Part shown: one piece after another, positions 6,708 through 15,734 of the stretch
Layout: every line of letters starts with the position of its first letter
Position numbering within the stretch: the stretch's first letter is position 1
Source: Candidatus Hydrogenedentota bacterium
GTDB taxonomy: Bacteria > Hydrogenedentota > Hydrogenedentia > Hydrogenedentales > SLHB01
NCBI GenBank assembly: GCA_034408725.1
Contig: JAWXCN010000178.1
Coordinates: forward strand, 1-21,783
Reading direction: 5' to 3'
Length of the DNA stretch: 21,783 bases
Translations under genes and position numbers: made by a program
The notes under the pieces: generated by a model
What the model saw: only the letters and a program-made list of their open reading frames with translations
The model's database searches: none
Told to the model about the DNA's origin: nothing

Positions 6708-9700
6708 ATGAATCTGCGCGCCAAAGTAATTCTCATCTTCACGCCCGCCGTGGCGCTGATCGTTATCACCATCTTCGCGGTTCTCGATGCCCACATGATG
6801 CGGGGTTACGAGGAGATCGAAACCCAGTACGCCATCGAACGCGCCATGGGCGTCGCCGGCACGTTTAACCAGCAGCTCATGCTCGATCTGCCCCGCGCGG
6901 ATTGGGCCGCGTGGGACGAGGTGTACAACTTCGTAGCCGACGGCAACAAGGAATTCATCCTGGCGAATATCAGCGGACAGTCTCTTGCCGATATTGGCGT
7001 CAATTCGGTTGTAATCGTCAATGAAGTAGGCCGCGTGGTCCTCGCGCGATCCTACGATTTGGAAACAAAAAAACAACGGCCCGTCTCCGCGTATCTCCTT
7101 GACGCATTGGCGCCCGGAGCCGTGCTCCTGGACCATCCGGCTGGGGTGGCGAGCAGCCACCAGTTCGGAATCATTTTGACACCAGACGGCGCAATCCTCG
7201 CCGGGTCTCGGCCCATTCTCAAAAGCACCTATCAAGGTCCAGCCCGCGGCGCGCTCATTTTCGCCCGCGATCTGACACAGGACCAGCTCGACGCCCTCGG
7301 CGATCAACTGCGGCTCTCGGTGCAAGCTTTCGTGCTGAATGACACCGCTCCACCAAACATCGCCGATTTGGCGCGTTCCCTCCCCAACCCGGACGCCAAC
7401 CGCGGCAATCACATCCATGTCATGCGCGAAAATGAAAACGAAATCGTGGGATACGCGCATCTCCACGACATAAACGGCGATAACGGCATTGTCCTGGCAA
7501 CGCGGTTGCCACGCACCTTCTACCAGCAGGCACGCGCGGCGCGTACTAATTTTGCCTGGTCTATGTTTGGAATCGGCGCCGCCACTATTGCCGTACTTGT
7601 AACCGTGGTCGAACTGCTCATTGTTTCGCGGCTTCGCCGCTTCAGCCGTGATGTCGCGCGCATCCGCGTGTCGGGCGATCGCGGCGCGCGCGTCGCGCAA
7701 TCCGGGCATGACGAAGTATCCAGCCTCGCCGAAGGCGTAAACGCGCTCATGACGACACTCGATGAAGCAGCGCGAAAGGACCTGGATCGCGAGGAGCGTT
7801 TCCGTCTGCTCACAACGCACATCCCCGTGGGGATTTTTGAGGCCAATGTCCACGGCGATTGCCTGTTCGTCAACGATGCATGGTCCGGCATTGCGGGCAT
7901 GACACTCGATCAGGCCATCGGCGACGGCTGGCATTCCGCTCTCCATCCCGAGGATCACGCATGGGTCCGGCAACGCGGCGGCGAGCGCGTTGGTAATGGA
8001 GAACCGTTCGACTTCGAATGCCGGTTTTTGCGGCCGGATGGCGGCGTGCGTCACGTCCTCGTCAACGTCGTCCCCGTGCGCGACGCGCACAACACGATCA
8101 TTGGCAGCATGGGCTGCATCGTCGATATCAGTGAGCGTAAGCGCGCGGAACAGGAGTTACTCGCGAGCGAGAAGCAGTACCGTGGAATCATCGAATTGCA
8201 GGCGGAACTCGTGTGCCGCTACCAACCCGACACGGTCCTCACCTATGTCAACGAGGCGTATTGCACGTATTTCGGGAAAGAGCAGCATGAATTGGTGGGC
8301 AAGAGCTTTCTCGAAGTTATTCCATCTAGCCAGTCCCTGGCGGAAATTATCGTGGAACTCGAAAATTCGCACGGCGCCATAACGACCCGCAACGAGGTAG
8401 TCCGGCCCAACGGCGAGGTCCGCTGGCAGGAATGGGAGGACACTCCAATCCGCGCGGCAGATGGCCGCATCATCGAATTTCAGGCTATCGGACGCGACAT
8501 CACCGAACGCAAGCTCGCCGAAGACGCGTTACGCGAGAGTGAAGCAAAACTGCGTTCGATCACCGCTTCCGTCGCGGACGCCATCATCATGATGGATGAG
8601 GACGGCCTCGTCAGTTTCTGGAACGAGGCCGCGGAACGTATCTTCGGATATTCGCGCATGGAAGTTCTCGGACGTCCATTGCACGATACGATTGTGCCCC
8701 AACGATACCGTAGCGCGTTTGCGCGCGGACACCGCCATTTCCTGGAATCTGGCGTCGGCGCGGTCGTCGGCAAAACTCAGGAAGTTCAGGGTCTGCGAAA
8801 AGATGGGACCGAATTCCCACTCGAACTCGCCATCACCGGCGTCCGTTTTGGTGAAGAGTGGCACGCCATCGGCACGGCCCGCGATATCACCGAGCGCAAA
8901 CGCTCCGAACAACAACTTGAAACGAGCGCGCGCGCGATGGAGGCCGCCAACCTCCAGCTCGAGGAGGCGATTGGTCAAGCCAACCAGCTCGCGCTCGAGG
9001 CGCAGGTCGCGAGTGTCGCGAAAAGCGATTTTGTCGCGAATATGAGCCATGAAATCCGAACCCCGTTGAACGGTGTAATCGGCATGACGACCCTCCTGTT
9101 AGACACGGAACTCAACCCCGAACAGCGCGAATTCGCGCAAATGGTCCGCACTTCCGGCGAAGCCCTGCTCAGTGTCGTAAACGATATCCTTGATTTCTCG
9201 AAGATCGAGGCCGGCAAAATGGAACTGGAATCCATCGAGTTCAATCTGCGCGCCGCCATCGAGCAAATCGGCGACATCTGCGCGCCCCGCGCACAGGAAA
9301 AGGGCATCGAGTTCACCATTCTCATTCACCACGGCGTGCCAGACTTCGTCAAGGGCGATCCGGGAAGAATCCGGCAAGTCCTCCTGAATCTCGCCAGCAA
9401 CGCGCTGAAATTCACCGAACGCGGCGAGATTGTCGTCTCCGCAGAGTTGGAAGCCCGCGAATCCAGCTTGGCGATGCTCCGGTTCGAGGTATCCGATTCG
9501 GGCATCGGAATCGCTGAATCCCGGCTTCCGTTCCTCTTCCAGCCCTTCACCCAGGCAGACTCTTCCACCACGCGAAAATACGGCGGCACCGGCCTTGGCC
9601 TTACCATTTCCAAGCGGCTGTGTGAGGCGATGGGCGGGCAAATCGGCGTGAAAAGTGAAGTAGGCAAAGGCTCGACGTTCTATTTCAACTTGCGCGCCGA

Positions 9701-10955
9701 AATCGTTCAAGGTCCGGAAAAACAGGCCCCCCTCAGCCTCGACGCTCTCGCCGGGTTGCGCGTATTGGTCGTGGATGGAAGCGCGACCGCCCGAAAAGTA
9801 TATCGAGAACAACTCCGGAACTGGGGCGTAGCGGTGGAAGAGGTAACGGACACCGATGCGGCCTACGATAAGCTCAGGGCCAGTGCAACAAACGCCGTGC
9901 CGTTTGCCGTTGCGCTTGTCGACTCAGCACAACCCCGGACGGATGCCGTGGCATTCGCGGAACGCGTCAAGGAAGACCCAGTCGTCAACAGGGTCCGTCT
10001 TATTTTGATTACCTCTTGGCCCAAACGGGGCGATGCCGCAAAAATGGCCAAACGAGGATATGCGGCCTACCTGAGCAAGCCTGTCAAACGCGACCATCTG
10101 CTGGAGGCCATCGCAGCGGTCGCTACGCGCTACGATAAAGCGACGGGATCAATTCCGGGTCTCGTTACCCAACACACGATTATGGAGGCTGCGCGGCAAC
10201 GCGTAAAAATCCTGCTCGTCGAAGACAATCTCATCAACCAAAAAGTCGCCTCGCGCATGCTCGAACGCCTGGGGTGCCGCTGCGACATCGCGAACAACGG
10301 GCGCGAAGCCTTGGAGGCCGTAAAGCGAACAGAGTACAACCTCATTTTCATGGACTGCCACATGCCGGAGATGGACGGCTACGAAGCCACAAAAGCAATC
10401 CGCCTTTACGAAGGCGATCGCCGCTATACCCCCATCGTTGCCTTGACCGCGTCTGTGCTGCGCGCGGACCATGACTTTTGCATTAAAGCGGGCATGGACG
10501 CCGTGATGACCAAACCGCTGCACGCGGACCCTCTCGAAAAAATCCTGCGCGCCTTTTTGTCGGATGATCCCCCGGTACAAAAGAACCTGTCGCAACCCGT
10601 CTCAACATTCTCGTCCGATACCCCTGTGAATCTGGACCGGCTCGGAGAAATCACGATGGGCGACCCGGAATTGGAGGCAGACTTAATCATCACCTTCCTT
10701 GCCGATACCGCCCAGCGCATTTCCGATCTGGCCGAACTCATTTCCAGTGGCGATGTCCGCTCCATCGGGCGGACTGCACATGCCCTCAAGGGGTCCGCTG
10801 CGAATATGGGCGCAAGGACCCTCCAGGATATTGCGCAGAATCTGGAAGAGACGGGCAAGACGGGGGACATGGCCATCGCCTCCTCGGCATTCGGACGTCT
10901 GAAAACCGAAGCCGACCGTGTGCGCGAATATCTTTCTGGCTATATGCAGGCCTAA
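6708..10955 (+). CDS. Hybrid (unorthodox) sensor histidine kinase: TM-CHASE4-TM-HAMP-3xPAS/PAC-HisKA-HATPase_c-REC-REC-Hpt (1415 aa)
   Basis: CHASE4 DWAAWDEVYNFV. Three PAS/PAC units ending DISERK, DITERK, DITERK. H-box ANMSHEIRTPLNG, N-box NLASNALKFT, G-boxes DSGIGI and GGTGLGL. REC MDCHMPEMDG. Hpt AHALKGSAANMGA. Confidence 0.95.
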   Translation: MNLRAKVILIFTPAVALIVITIFAVLDAHMMRGYEEIETQYAIERAMGVAGTFNQQLMLDLPRADWAAWDEVYNFVADGNKEFILANISGQSLADIGVNSVVIVNEVGRVVLARSYDLETKKQRPVSAYLLDALAPGAVLLDHPAGVASSHQFGIILTPDGAILAGSRPILKSTYQGPARGALIFARDLTQDQLDALGDQLRLSVQAFVLNDTAPPNIADLARSLPNPDANRGNHIHVMRENENEIVGYAHLHDINGDNGIVLATRLPRTFYQQARAARTNFAWSMFGIGAATIAVLVTVVELLIVSRLRRFSRDVARIRVSGDRGARVAQSGHDEVSSLAEGVNALMTTLDEAARKDLDREERFRLLTTHIPVGIFEANVHGDCLFVNDAWSGIAGMTLDQAIGDGWHSALHPEDHAWVRQRGGERVGNGEPFDFECRFLRPDGGVRHVLVNVVPVRDAHNTIIGSMGCIVDISERKRAEQELLASEKQYRGIIELQAELVCRYQPDTVLTYVNEAYCTYFGKEQHELVGKSFLEVIPSSQSLAEIIVELENSHGAITTRNEVVRPNGEVRWQEWEDTPIRAADGRIIEFQAIGRDITERKLAEDALRESEAKLRSITASVADAIIMMDEDGLVSFWNEAAERIFGYSRMEVLGRPLHDTIVPQRYRSAFARGHRHFLESGVGAVVGKTQEVQGLRKDGTEFPLELAITGVRFGEEWHAIGTARDITERKRSEQQLETSARAMEAANLQLEEAIGQANQLALEAQVASVAKSDFVANMSHEIRTPLNGVIGMTTLLLDTELNPEQREFAQMVRTSGEALLSVVNDILDFSKIEAGKMELESIEFNLRAAIEQIGDICAPRAQEKGIEFTILIHHGVPDFVKGDPGRIRQVLLNLASNALKFTERGEIVVSAELEARESSLAMLRFEVSDSGIGIAESRLPFLFQPFTQADSSTTRKYGGTGLGLTISKRLCEAMGGQIGVKSEVGKGSTFYFNLRAEIVQGPEKQAPLSLDALAGLRVLVVDGSATARKVYREQLRNWGVAVEEVTDTDAAYDKLRASATNAVPFAVALVDSAQPRTDAVAFAERVKEDPVVNRVRLILITSWPKRGDAAKMAKRGYAAYLSKPVKRDHLLEAIAAVATRYDKATGSIPGLVTQHTIMEAARQRVKILLVEDNLINQKVASRMLERLGCRCDIANNGREALEAVKRTEYNLIFMDCHMPEMDGYEATKAIRLYEGDRRYTPIVALTASVLRADHDFCIKAGMDAVMTKPLHADPLEKILRAFLSDDPPVQKNLSQPVSTFSSDTPVNLDRLGEITMGDPELEADLIITFLADTAQRISDLAELISSGDVRSIGRTAHALKGSAANMGARTLQDIAQNLEETGKTGDMAIASSAFGRLKTEADRVREYLSGYMQA

Positions 10956-11386
10956 TGCAAGGATGCAGCGCGATACATGGTAGGGTTAGGGGCGGCAAAC
11001 TACAATATATTGTGTATTTCGGTGGACAATCATCGTAGGTTGTGATACGCTGTTTATGGTTCCTCACCTAGAAGGATTCGCCGCATAAACCGGATGCGAC
11101 AAACCGCTCGATGCTGGCCGGACGGCCCGCTCACAAGCGCCATCCTCCGAATCACCGGACACGGCGAGGTTCCCGCTTGACCCCACCCGGTGACCCACAA
11201 CGCCAACTTCGCCCGCATTCCCACGCACGCCGCGTTGGTGTGCCCATACGATCCCACGCGCGCCACCCCGTGGTGCGCGTTCCGTTTTCCGGCAACAACG
11301 GGAAGGAGGAAACTGGCGGCCCAGGCAATTCCAAGGCGTCCCCGCGACCAGACCACAGGCAGCAACTGTTCCCCGGGAGTAGTGCC

Positions 11387-12571
11387 ATGAAAAAAAGCTA
11401 TATCCTCGACACGAACGCCCTGCTCGAAGACCCAAACTGCATACGCGTCCTGCGGAATGGCAATGAGAACGCCGTTGGAATTCCGTTTCACGTCATCCTC
11501 GAACTGGACAAGCTAAAAAAAGAGCCTCGCGTCAAACACCTGGTCGCCAAAGCAATCGACTCCATTCGCGAAAACCTGGAAGTCATCCATATCATCAAGG
11601 ACGAAACCGCCGAGCCGCTCATTCCAAGCGTCGATCTTCAAATCCTGAAGGAGATTAAGGGCGCGGGACTGGATGATCCAATTCTCGTGACGAATGATCG
11701 CATCCTGCAACTGATGGCCGAATTCAGCGGGGTGCAAAGCCAGGAATATAAATGCTCGAAGCCTTTCGAGTCGGAGTCGCAACAGTACACGGGTTTCGTC
11801 GCGGAAGAAGAACCGGAAAAGCCCGCGAACTGCTTCTCCTGGCATGAAGGCCGGCCGATGTTTTATGGCCCGCACGGTTCGCATCTCGTCGACTACGAAC
11901 ACGAAGTCTGGAAGGTCCGCCCTCGCAACGCTTATCAGAACCTCGCATTCGAGCTGCTATTGCACGAGCACATCGACCTCGTTTCGCTGCAAAGCGACGC
12001 GGGCTACGGCAAGACGTTCCTCGCGCTGGCCGCGGCCTTGTACATGACGCTCGAACAAAAGCGCTTCGATAAAATCTATGTCCTCAAGCCGATGATCGAA
12101 ATCGGATCCAAAATGGGCTACCTTCCAGGCGACGTCGACGAAAAGATGGAACCCTATGTGCGGTATCTCTACGGCCTTGTTAACAAACTGCACGGCATGC
12201 GGCCGGCCAACAAGGTGTTCCAGGAAGCCAAGGACCCCGCTTCCAAGTTTGATCCCTCCAAATTCGAGATTCTTCCTCTCGCGTTTATCCGCGGCATGAC
12301 CATTGAGGACGCCGTCGTCATTATTGATGAAACGCAGAACCTGTCGCGCACGGAAATCCGTGCGTTGCTCACGCGCATGGGCGAAAATGTCAAGTGCATC
12401 TGCCTAGGCGATACGCGCCAGGTCGATAATCCCTACCTCAACGAATCGAACAACGCCTTGAACTGGATCGTCAGTATGATGAAGGGCATTCCGAACTACG
12501 CGCACCTGGTGCTAAAAGGGCATCGCTCGCGCGGGCCCATCTGCGACGCGGTCATCAAGTCCGGTCTATGA
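11387..12571 (+). CDS. phoH: PIN-domain + PhoH ATPase fusion (PhoH2/YlaK-like; 394 aa)
   Basis: PIN motifs YILDTNALL, VILELDKLK, VTND. Walker A AGYGKT, GYLPGDVDEK, FIRGMT, Walker B IIDETQN, GDTRQVD. ATG 11387 with GGGAG RBS. Confidence 0.92.
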   Translation: MKKSYILDTNALLEDPNCIRVLRNGNENAVGIPFHVILELDKLKKEPRVKHLVAKAIDSIRENLEVIHIIKDETAEPLIPSVDLQILKEIKGAGLDDPILVTNDRILQLMAEFSGVQSQEYKCSKPFESESQQYTGFVAEEEPEKPANCFSWHEGRPMFYGPHGSHLVDYEHEVWKVRPRNAYQNLAFELLLHEHIDLVSLQSDAGYGKTFLALAAALYMTLEQKRFDKIYVLKPMIEIGSKMGYLPGDVDEKMEPYVRYLYGLVNKLHGMRPANKVFQEAKDPASKFDPSKFEILPLAFIRGMTIEDAVVIIDETQNLSRTEIRALLTRMGENVKCICLGDTRQVDNPYLNESNNALNWIVSMMKGIPNYAHLVLKGHRSRGPICDAVIKSGL

Positions 12572-12584
12572 TTGCATTAAACGG

Positions 12585-12614
12585 TTGACAGTCCGGGAGC
12601 CAGTTTGTTCCAAT
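12585..12614 (+). promoter_or_regulatory. Candidate sigma70 promoter for the 12710 gene
   Basis: TTGACA (12585-12590), 18-nt spacer ending TGt, TCCAAT (12609-12614). Confidence 0.4.
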
Positions 12615-12709
12615 GGTCAGGGCGCTGCTGATATCAGCACGCGCCCTGATTCGCTTTTCAAAGCCCGCGCGGCCAACGTCCGGTTTCCGTCGCGGGGTGG
12701 AGCAGTAGA

Positions 12710-13303
12710 TTGAACGACGCGAAATCCCATTGGGACGTCTGGACTTTGCCGGCCTACGCTTTGTGGCTGATTTTCTTCCTGTTCGGGTTTCATCCCGAAG
12801 CTGTTTTTCAACTCGCGCGCGCGGCAGGCCTCGTGGCCACACAGTCCGCAATCGTCAACTCACCGCACGTCATCACGCTCGCGCTCGCGGGGTATCTCGG
12901 GTATTTCGCGTATCAACGCTGTCTCGACGTGGGCATGGAGCGCCCCGACGCAAAGGCGCGCGGATTGCAGTTTTCAATCCTCGGTCTGATCGCGTTCCTA
13001 ACGTTTTCTCCGTTTAGCCTGCTCGCGCTCGGCGAAATTCCAGTTCGGCAGTACCAGATGATCGTGTTGTTTGTCGGCGGCACAAAGCTTTTCACGTGGT
13101 TTTTGTTGCTCAGTGTCATCATGCGCTATTACCTGCTTGGGCATCTCCAGGTATTCGCGAATATGGCCTCAATGTTTCCAAGTACGTACCAATCCGAGAC
13201 GAAAGGCCCGGGCAGCCAGGCGACCTCCGTCACGTGGATTGAAGGCACACAGGACCACGACACCGCGCCGAAACTGACCCAAACCGACGCAGGCACGAAA
13301 TAA
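12710..13303 (+). CDS. Hypothetical integral membrane protein (about 4 TM, polar C-terminal tail; 197 aa)
   Basis: Several hydrophobic segments. TTG start with GGAG upstream. It fills the intergenic space. Confidence 0.75.
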   Translation: MNDAKSHWDVWTLPAYALWLIFFLFGFHPEAVFQLARAAGLVATQSAIVNSPHVITLALAGYLGYFAYQRCLDVGMERPDAKARGLQFSILGLIAFLTFSPFSLLALGEIPVRQYQMIVLFVGGTKLFTWFLLLSVIMRYYLLGHLQVFANMASMFPSTYQSETKGPGSQATSVTWIEGTQDHDTAPKLTQTDAGTK

Positions 13304-13384
13304 AGTCGCATGTGCGCGTTGTAACGCATCGTCTTCTACCGCATAGTATTGAGTGGATATGACCCGTAAGGAGAGGAACTTCAC

Positions 13385-13504
13385 ATGACGGATTTTGGCG
13401 GACTACTGACCCAACTCGCAAACGGACCCCTCGGAATACTCTTGTATCCCCTGTATCTGCTCGCGCTGTTTATCACGCCCTATTACCTCGCGCTCGTCCC
13501 GTAA
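13385..13504 (+). CDS. Small hydrophobic protein, 39 aa: MTDFGGLLTQLANGPLGILLYPLYLLALFITPYYLALVP
   Basis: Translated by hand, as it is below the ORF-track cutoff. Strong RBS taaggagagg ends 7 nt before the ATG. TAA at 13502-13504. One TM-length segment. Confidence 0.65.
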   Translation: MTDFGGLLTQLANGPLGILLYPLYLLALFITPYYLALVP

Positions 13505-13543
13505 ACGAAACGTCACTCACCACGCCGCCTCCGCGTTGAAGTA

Positions 13544-13587
13544 TGGACTGCGGTAGCAGAGTCCGCGTCGGACGGCGCTACCGCTTT
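13544..13587. repeat. Single REP-family hairpin copy
   Basis: tggact-gcggtagc-...-gctaccgc-ttt with an inner gtccg/cggac stem. It has the same tggactgcgg...ccgcttt ends as 55-81. Confidence 0.75.
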
Positions 13588-13692
13588 GGCTATGCCCGCG
13601 CCTATGAAACGCGATTCGCAAGCGTTGCCGTTTACGTATTTCTGTCTGTAAACTGCTCGTATGCACCGCGCATATAACGAGAGGTATACCAA

Positions 13693-15720
13693 TTGTCCTC
13701 AGTGATACTGGCCGTAGTGTTTTCTGTCGTTCAATCGCCACTGGCGGATGTTGTACTTTTGGAAAACAGCTTTGACTCATACCCCGCTGGTCCAATCCTT
13801 GGGGTAGTCGGCGCGCACGCTGAATATCATTATCTGCCCGAATCAACGCCGCGCGGGGCCTGGGCGGTGTCCACCTACCGCTCCGACGCGGCAACCCAAC
13901 TTGCCTGGCGCGCGATCCGCGTCGAAGGCAAGTCCGCGCTGCTGATGGCGAGCGAGAACAAATTCGAACACACGCACCCAATCGTTGTCGCCGGCGAACC
14001 ATTGTGGCGCGATTACACCTTCGACGTGACGTTCGTACCCACGGAAGGCAAAGGGCAATCCGGTGTCGCGGTGCGCTATGTGAACGACCGATGCCTATAC
14101 TTCTTCGGCGTGGAAGATGGCAAAGCATCACTGGTGCGCGTGCGGCACGAGAAAGCATTTCGCGAACCGGATGAGCTGGTTCTGGCGGAAGCCCCGTTCA
14201 CGTATACGCCGGGCGAGACCTTGCATGCGCGCGTAACGGTCAACGGCACATCGATCCACGCACAACTCGGAAACGCGGTCGAGCTCCAGGCGGAAGACGC
14301 AACATATACCGAAGGGCGGGTTGCGCTGCTCGCGGATTATCCCACCACTTACCTGAGCGCACGCGTCGAGATGACCGCCGATAAAAAGCAGCGGGTCGAT
14401 CAGGCCGTCGATTCGCGCGAGGCGGCCGAGCGCGATCTTCAGGCGAATAATCCGAAGCCCGTCGTGTGGAAGAAAGTGTTGCTGGGCGACGCCGGTGTCG
14501 GGCGAAACCTGCGGTTCGGCGATCTGAACAGTGACGGCCAGATCGATTTTATTTCCGGTCAAGTCCGGCACTATGGCCCGAAAGACACGAACAGCGAAGT
14601 GAGTTGCATCACCGCGTTTACATTTGAGGGCGAGAAGCTCTGGCAGATCGGCAAACCCGATGCGTGGAAAAACCATCTCACCAATGATGTCGCGCTACAG
14701 ATTCATGATTGGGACGGCGACGGCAAGAGCGACGTCGTGTATTGCCAGAATTTTGAAATCGTTGTCGCCGATGGCGCAACCGGCGAAATTAAAAAACGGG
14801 CGCCTACGCCCGAAACGCCGCCAAATTCCAAACCGCCGCACAATGCCTTTCCGCGGGTGCTCGGCGATTCAATTTACTTTTGCGATTTGCGTGGGACGGG
14901 CCGCGATGCTGACATGATTCTCAAAGACCGTTACATGAATTACTGGGCCTATGATCAAGACTTCAACATGATGTGGCGCGGGCAGTGCATGACTGGTCAC
15001 TACCCCTACGCGGCAGACATTGACGGCGACGGAAAAGACGAAGTCATGATCGGCTATACCCTTATCGACAGCGACGGCTCAAAACTGTGGTCGCTCGACA
15101 GCGGACTGAAGGATCACGCAGACGGCATTGCCGTCACTAAATTCACCGAGGACGGGCCGTGGCGCGCGTTCTGGGTTGGAAGTGACGAAGGGACGATTGT
15201 CGCCGACATTCAAGGAAACGTGCTCAAGCACCATCGTCTCGGTCACGTGCAGAACCCCGCGATTGCGGAATTCCGGCCCGACTTGCCCGGATTGGAAGCC
15301 GTATCCGTTAATTACTGGGGCAACCAGGGCATCATTCACTTGTATAATGCCGAAGGCGATCCGTTTCTCGAATTTGAACCATTTCAACACGGCAGCCTTT
15401 GTATCCCGGCGAACTGGACGGGCGCGCTACCGGAATTCGTCGTGCTCTCGACAAACCCCGATGATGGCGGCATGATCGATGGTTGGGGCCGGCGCGCGGT
15501 GGCGTTTCCCGCGGACGGTCATCCGGACATGTGCTACAACGTGCTCGATGTAACCGGCGATTGCCGCGATGAAATCATAGTGTGGAACCCGCACGAACTG
15601 TGGGTGTACACACAAGACGACAATCCCAAGAGCGGCAAGCTCTACAAGCCCATACGCAATCCGCACGACAATGATTCAAACTATCGCGCCGTTGTCTCAA
15701 TGCCGGCATGGTCGGAATAG
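13693..15720 (+). CDS. Secreted protein: N-terminal DUF1080/ConA-like beta-sandwich plus C-terminal FG-GAP/DxDxDG-repeat beta-propeller, resembling rhamnogalacturonan lyase PL11 (675 aa)
   Basis: Ca-binding-type repeats DLNSDGQID, DWDGDGKSD, DIDGDGKDE, DVTGDCRDE. GH/DHAD/GH histidine motifs. N-terminal WRDYTF...GVAVRY...GRVAL. TTG start after GAGG. The gene is solid but the enzyme call is tentative. Confidence 0.65.
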   Translation: MSSVILAVVFSVVQSPLADVVLLENSFDSYPAGPILGVVGAHAEYHYLPESTPRGAWAVSTYRSDAATQLAWRAIRVEGKSALLMASENKFEHTHPIVVAGEPLWRDYTFDVTFVPTEGKGQSGVAVRYVNDRCLYFFGVEDGKASLVRVRHEKAFREPDELVLAEAPFTYTPGETLHARVTVNGTSIHAQLGNAVELQAEDATYTEGRVALLADYPTTYLSARVEMTADKKQRVDQAVDSREAAERDLQANNPKPVVWKKVLLGDAGVGRNLRFGDLNSDGQIDFISGQVRHYGPKDTNSEVSCITAFTFEGEKLWQIGKPDAWKNHLTNDVALQIHDWDGDGKSDVVYCQNFEIVVADGATGEIKKRAPTPETPPNSKPPHNAFPRVLGDSIYFCDLRGTGRDADMILKDRYMNYWAYDQDFNMMWRGQCMTGHYPYAADIDGDGKDEVMIGYTLIDSDGSKLWSLDSGLKDHADGIAVTKFTEDGPWRAFWVGSDEGTIVADIQGNVLKHHRLGHVQNPAIAEFRPDLPGLEAVSVNYWGNQGIIHLYNAEGDPFLEFEPFQHGSLCIPANWTGALPEFVVLSTNPDDGGMIDGWGRRAVAFPADGHPDMCYNVLDVTGDCRDEIIVWNPHELWVYTQDDNPKSGKLYKPIRNPHDNDSNYRAVVSMPAWSE

Positions 15721-15734
15721 GTGGCGAAGTATTC

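Noticed and set aside
6366..8090. 574-aa minus-strand ORF
   Set aside because: Antisense to the well-supported histidine kinase, with no recognisable domain.
10981..10992. Telomere-like tagggttagggg
   Set aside because: Fewer than two full units, as expected by chance.
365..12571. Phosphate-starvation (Pho) island: phosphatase, nucleotidase, kinase, PhoH
   Set aside because: The genes are scattered on different strands, I recognised no Pho boxes or pst/phoBR genes, and PIN-PhoH proteins are not generally Pho-regulated.
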